From positions 1-26,170 of the IMG/VR virus record IMGVR_UViG_3300028585_000060: a stretch of 26,170 nucleotides of DNA, one strand, 5' to 3'. The translations under genes were made by a program, and so were the position numbers. Shown here piece after piece: positions 22,619 through 26,170 of this stretch. Origin of the DNA: a virus. Lineage: Duplodnaviria; Caudoviricetes. Below the pieces are notes generated by a model that was given only the letters and a program-made list of their open reading frames with translations, was not told the DNA's origin and did no database searches. The number at the start of each line of letters is the position of its first letter. Positions within the stretch are counted from its first letter, which is position 1.

Positions 22619-22974
22619 CAGATTTTCTTCGCCTCGACGGTCATCACCAACCCGTCGCGTTCCTCATTCGGCGCGAGGCTCCGGATGTTGCCGACGACCT
22701 TGCCGATCAGCGCATCGGTCCATGTAATGCGCATCTCAGTCGTCAGGCCGGGGCGGGCGCGAACGGTGACGCGCCAAAGCTGGGTCGAACGCTCGACGAG
22801 GTTTGCCAACGCCTCGCCGCCACGCAGTGCGATGCACTCCGCCCACACGGTTCTGACCGGCTTCCATGCGTCCTGACCGGTCGCCTGCGTCCGGCCTCCG
22901 CGGCCGTTGTCGATCAGGTTGGCCTGTTCGAACGTTACGCGCGTGCGCAGCAAGCCTTCGTCGAGCCCTGCCAT
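22618..22974 (-). CDS. Head closure / head-tail adaptor (SPP1 gp16-like)
   Basis: GLLRTRVTFEQ...DNGRGG...W...TVWA...VTVR...LTTEMRI. Confidence 0.85.
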   Translation of the reverse strand: MAGLDEGLLRTRVTFEQANLIDNGRGGRTQATGQDAWKPVRTVWAECIALRGGEALANLVERSTQLWRVTVRARPGLTTEMRITWTDALIGKVVGNIRSLAPNEERDGLVMTVEAKKI

Positions 22975-23510
22975 CAGCGATAGACCCGGAAGGACGAAAG
23001 CAGCATTTCAGCAGCCGCGAACGATGCCTCGCCGGAACCACGGTTCCGGTAAAGCTCGGATGTCATCATAAGGATCGCGGTGCGGATCGGCGCCGGAACG
23101 TCCTCATAGCCGGCGCGGTACCGGATGCGCAGACCCTCCGCTGCGGCAGCGGTCAGCGTGGTCGATCGGTACCGGAAGCCGACGGAGATGCCATCGAGCG
23201 AATAAGCAGCAGGGTCCATCGCTTCCCATGCCGCGCCCGCCTGTGTTTCGACCTGCACGAGATCGACGATCGGACGGTAGGGAAGCGGGACGACAGCGCA
23301 GCGAAGAGGCGTTGGCAGATAGGCTTCCAGCGTCTGCATGCCGATAGCCCTGCCCAGCCACCCATCAGGGCCGTCGAGCAGCCCCGTGGCCGCTGCGATC
23401 AGGCCTTGGACATAAGCCTTTTGCGTATCGTCGCCGTCGAGCTTCAAATGCTGATCAGCCATCTCCCAGGTCACGACCGGGGCAGGGGCCTCGACGACGA
23501 CGACACGCAT
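22974..23510 (-). CDS. Head-tail connector (HK97 gp6-like)
   Basis: HLKLD...LIAAAT...LGRAI, YRAGY..VPAPIRTAIL...LYRNR. Confidence 0.87.
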   Translation of the reverse strand: MRVVVVEAPAPVVTWEMADQHLKLDGDDTQKAYVQGLIAAATGLLDGPDGWLGRAIGMQTLEAYLPTPLRCAVVPLPYRPIVDLVQVETQAGAAWEAMDPAAYSLDGISVGFRYRSTTLTAAAAEGLRIRYRAGYEDVPAPIRTAILMMTSELYRNRGSGEASFAAAEMLLSSFRVYR

Positions 23511-23512
23511 GA

Positions 23513-24082
23513 TCAGGCCTTCGTCTTCGGGGCGGGAGCCTGCTTATTCTCGGGTGCTGGCGCCTGCTTGTTGTCCGGCGCCGTCGCCTGTTTCTCGCCG
23601 CTGCCCGGAGGGGCGGAGGTATCGACAGGCGGCGAAGCAAGCACCCGATCGCGCTCATCGGTCAGCGTCACGATCGTATCCTCATGCTTCTTGATCAGCC
23701 CGGCTGCGTCGCCAAGCTCCGCCTTCAGGCGGTCGATCTCGCTGTGCGCGGTCTTCAGCAGGTCGACGAATTCATCGACACGCAGCTGCGCGGCATCCAG
23801 CTTGTCGGTCAGCACAACGATCGTGTCGGTGTGCTCGGTGACCTTGTCGCGAAGCGACTGGAGATCCGCCACGTCGACGACGATCGTGCGGGCAGGGTGC
23901 TCATCGGCCTCGGCCTCGAAGCGGGGTTTCCAGTCCTTGATCTCGGCCGTGGTGGCCTCACGCACGAGACCGATCTTCTCCAGTTCCTCGAAACGCTGAT
24001 TGGTCAGGTCGGGGATGACAGCACCCTCGTCCTTACGACCACGGTCGCCGACATGGGCGACCAGCACGAATGCAGTTTTCAT
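23513..24082 (-). CDS. Hypothetical coiled-coil protein after capsid gene, with C-terminal KQAPAPxN repeats
   Basis: GGGAGA RBS; heptad-like middle; KQATAPDN-KQAPAPEN-KQAPAPKT. Confidence 0.75.
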   Translation of the reverse strand: MKTAFVLVAHVGDRGRKDEGAVIPDLTNQRFEELEKIGLVREATTAEIKDWKPRFEAEADEHPARTIVVDVADLQSLRDKVTEHTDTIVVLTDKLDAAQLRVDEFVDLLKTAHSEIDRLKAELGDAAGLIKKHEDTIVTLTDERDRVLASPPVDTSAPPGSGEKQATAPDNKQAPAPENKQAPAPKTKA

Positions 24083-24100
24083 TTCACGATTCTCCCGAAG

Positions 24101-24126
24101 GAGGGAGGCGCGACGGCGCCCCCCTC
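24101..24126 (-). terminator. Hairpin after major capsid stop (terminator or mRNA stabiliser)
   Basis: Minus strand gaggggggcgc-cgtc-gcgcctccctc, with a G-U pair valid only on the minus strand. Confidence 0.5.
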
Positions 24127-24132
24127 GTCAGA

Positions 24133-25368
24133 TCACAGCAGGGTGCCGCGAACCATTGCTGCCGCGCGCTTCACCGCCATCGCGAGGCGCTTTTCCGCGC
24201 GGATGGTCAGCATGTTGCGGATGAAGTTGTCGCGGTCCTGATCCGAGATCCGGACCTCGGTCTCCATGCGGTCGAAGATCTGGGCGGCGAGCTTGAAGGC
24301 GCCGACGAGGAAGTTTGCCGCGCCGATGCCCTTCGTCGGCACGACTGGACGGCCCCAGAGCGTCGGACCGGCGATGCCCTGCGGATTCGCGAAGATATAT
24401 CCACCGGCCGCGTCCTTGGTCAGTTCGATCCCCGTCCATGCGGCCGGGTGCAGCACGATGCCGTCCGGATCATAGTCGGCCAGTTCGACCTGCAGGATTG
24501 CAAGGCGAAGCTGATCGATGCGGGTCGCGCCGGAGATCGTGATCGGCGCTGCATAGGGCGTTGCCTGCGGATAGAGCCCGTAGACGTTCTGGCCCTGACC
24601 ATCGCCGAGCAGCAGCTGCAGATCCTCGGCGTCGTCGAGGCCGTAGCGCAGATCGCCATCGATCAGGCTCTCCAGCTGCGGGATGTCGTCCATCGCCTGA
24701 CGCGATGCCGGCACCCAGTGCGCGATGGTGCGAACCGGCGCATTGGCGACCTCCCAGGCATAGTTCGACTCGGGCTTCAGCGCCCCTTCGGCTACCGGTG
24801 CGGCGTTGTTCGTCCGCGCGATCTGGCGGGCATACTCGATCGAGTTGCTCGTCGTGCGGCCGGGCGTCAGCAGATCGCGGATCCGCAGCTTGCGCTGGGG
24901 AATGCCGACGATGCCGGCCTGACGATCGGGCACGATCAGGGCAGCGCCCGAGCCAGTCGTGCTGGTCACGGCCTTGACCGACAGGGTGACGGTGCCCGAG
25001 GCACCATTGTCGGCAAACGCCTTCAGTTCGGGGCTTTCGCCGACCTGCTGACCGATCGACTTGTACCCGTGCTCGTCGTCGTTCGGGCGGCGCGCATCGA
25101 ACTTCTGCGCCAGTTCGGTGACCTCGGCACGGATACCAGCGAGATCGACCAGCGCCTTGTCGGCCTTTTCCTTCGTCTCGGTCGAGATCTTCTCGCCGGC
25201 TTCGCTCTTGGTTTTGAACTCGGTCGCGAAACCCTTCACCTCTTCGAGCGCGCTGGCGAGACGCTGATCGAGTGTTGCGCTCGTGCCGTTGCCGTCCTTC
25301 TTGCCAAACTCGCGGGCGAGCGGGATCGAAGCCGCGGTCATGGCCGCAGCGGAAGTCATCATGTTCAT
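24133..25368 (-). CDS. Major capsid protein, HK97 fold
   Basis: VAEGALKPES, VRTIAHWVPASRQ, LLLGDG, LTKDAAGGYI, TLWGRPVV, FIRNMLTIRAEKR; N-terminal delta-domain-like helix. Confidence 0.96.
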   Translation of the reverse strand: MNMMTSAAAMTAASIPLAREFGKKDGNGTSATLDQRLASALEEVKGFATEFKTKSEAGEKISTETKEKADKALVDLAGIRAEVTELAQKFDARRPNDDEHGYKSIGQQVGESPELKAFADNGASGTVTLSVKAVTSTTGSGAALIVPDRQAGIVGIPQRKLRIRDLLTPGRTTSNSIEYARQIARTNNAAPVAEGALKPESNYAWEVANAPVRTIAHWVPASRQAMDDIPQLESLIDGDLRYGLDDAEDLQLLLGDGQGQNVYGLYPQATPYAAPITISGATRIDQLRLAILQVELADYDPDGIVLHPAAWTGIELTKDAAGGYIFANPQGIAGPTLWGRPVVPTKGIGAANFLVGAFKLAAQIFDRMETEVRISDQDRDNFIRNMLTIRAEKRLAMAVKRAAAMVRGTLL

Positions 25369-25381
25369 GCGGTGATCCTAG

Positions 25382-26095
25382 TTAGGCGGACTTCAGGGAG
25401 AAGCCGGCCAGGGTGTCCGTCAGAGCCTTGAGCCCCGGTTGTTCGTCTGGTTCGCGATCGGACTCCCTCCGCCGCAATTCGGTAAGGCCGTGGGCGACGA
25501 CGCCTGCGGCCCGAGTTTTGGAGAACCCTAACTCCCTCAGGGCCTTCTCCATTTCGCGCTCGGTCGGCAGTTCGCCGTGGGCGAGCTTGAACTTGACGGC
25601 TTCGACGCGCGCGTCGTCGTTCGCCGGGAACGTCACGAGGCTGATCTCAACGAGATCGAGCTTGGTCAGCGTCCGGATGCCGGTTTTCTCGTCGTAGCTG
25701 CTCTCACGCACCCAGTAGCCGATGCTCAACCCGGTCACGATCTTGCGCTTGACCAGCGCGTGCGCTTCGCGAGCCTGCGCGACGTCAGCAATCAGCAGTT
25801 CGGCCTTGCCGGCGAGGCCCTTCTCATCCTCGCGCAGATTGCTCCACGCGCCGATCGGCTCGCCTGCGCGATGCTGCCACAGCACCGGGACCGGACGCCC
25901 CTTGGCCTCCAGTTCCTTGAGGCTGTCCGTGAACGCGCCCGGTGCGACGATCTCGCCGTAGCTATCGACGACGCCCCAGACCGAGCCGTAACCGTCGAAC
26001 GTGCCGTCATCACCGATGGCCTTCGTGGTCAGATCGAAGTCGCGGACCTTCAACGCTCCGCTATGTTTGCGCCCGAAGGCACCGCCCGTGAGCAT
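25382..26095 (-). CDS. HK97-family prohead protease
   Basis: GTFDGYGSVW, VLWQH, GLSIGY, LVEISLVTFPAN; ATG 26095 is best spaced from GGAGGA (26101 is an alternative). Confidence 0.95.
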   Translation of the reverse strand: MLTGGAFGRKHSGALKVRDFDLTTKAIGDDGTFDGYGSVWGVVDSYGEIVAPGAFTDSLKELEAKGRPVPVLWQHRAGEPIGAWSNLREDEKGLAGKAELLIADVAQAREAHALVKRKIVTGLSIGYWVRESSYDEKTGIRTLTKLDLVEISLVTFPANDDARVEAVKFKLAHGELPTEREMEKALRELGFSKTRAAGVVAHGLTELRRRESDREPDEQPGLKALTDTLAGFSLKSA

Positions 26096-26097
26096 TG

Positions 26098-26170
26098 TCA
26101 TTCCTCCAGTCGGGGGCCACCATGGCCCAGCATCGAATTGACCTTCGCCGCGATCAGCGACTCAAGATCG
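26098..26170 (-). CDS. 3' end of upstream gene, probably portal protein (partial)
   Basis: Open frame DLESLIAAKVNSMLGHGGPRLEE* ending at the protease start; identity from synteny only. Confidence 0.5.
   Translation of the reverse strand, partial: DLESLIAAKVNSMLGHGGPRLEE

Larger units (their letters stand above)
593..26170 (-). mobile_element. HK97-like siphovirus prophage (late operon plus accessory end; continues beyond the right edge, left boundary uncertain)
   Basis: Complete colinear head-neck-tail-lysis order with coupled stop/start overlaps, followed by morons and an orphan methyltransferase. Confidence 0.93.

Noticed and set aside
13037-26170. Gene transfer agent cluster
   Set aside because: Some genes are GTA-like, but the long tape measure, linked lysis cassette, morons and methyltransferase fit a prophage.

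Overview
The window is the late-gene half and probable left end of an HK97-like long-tailed (siphovirus-type) prophage from a GC-rich alphaproteobacterium (Sphingomonas-like by protein content; inferred, not proven). On the minus strand, right to left: portal C-terminus, prohead protease, major capsid, head-tail connectors, tail tube, tail chaperones with a G-GGA-AAC -1 frameshift site, tape measure with an embedded M15-type peptidase domain, tail tip genes, a beta-helix tailspike/depolymerase, and a lysis cassette (two membrane proteins, TIGR02594-type endolysin, overlapping spanins). The accessory left 8 kb is the most interesting part. It holds (i) a putative polysaccharide-remodelling module: an acyltransferase-3, an exported paralogue of the tailspike beta-helix, and a BNR-repeat protein preceded by an unannotated 47-aa ORF sharing its first 20 residues. 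It also holds (ii) a repeat-delimited, cassette-like end region: two families of imperfect direct repeats bracket a D12-class adenine methyltransferase with a six-hairpin structured leader and a lower-GC gene carrying a HEPN-like RxxxxH motif. All calls come from motif recognition and synteny only; no searches were run.
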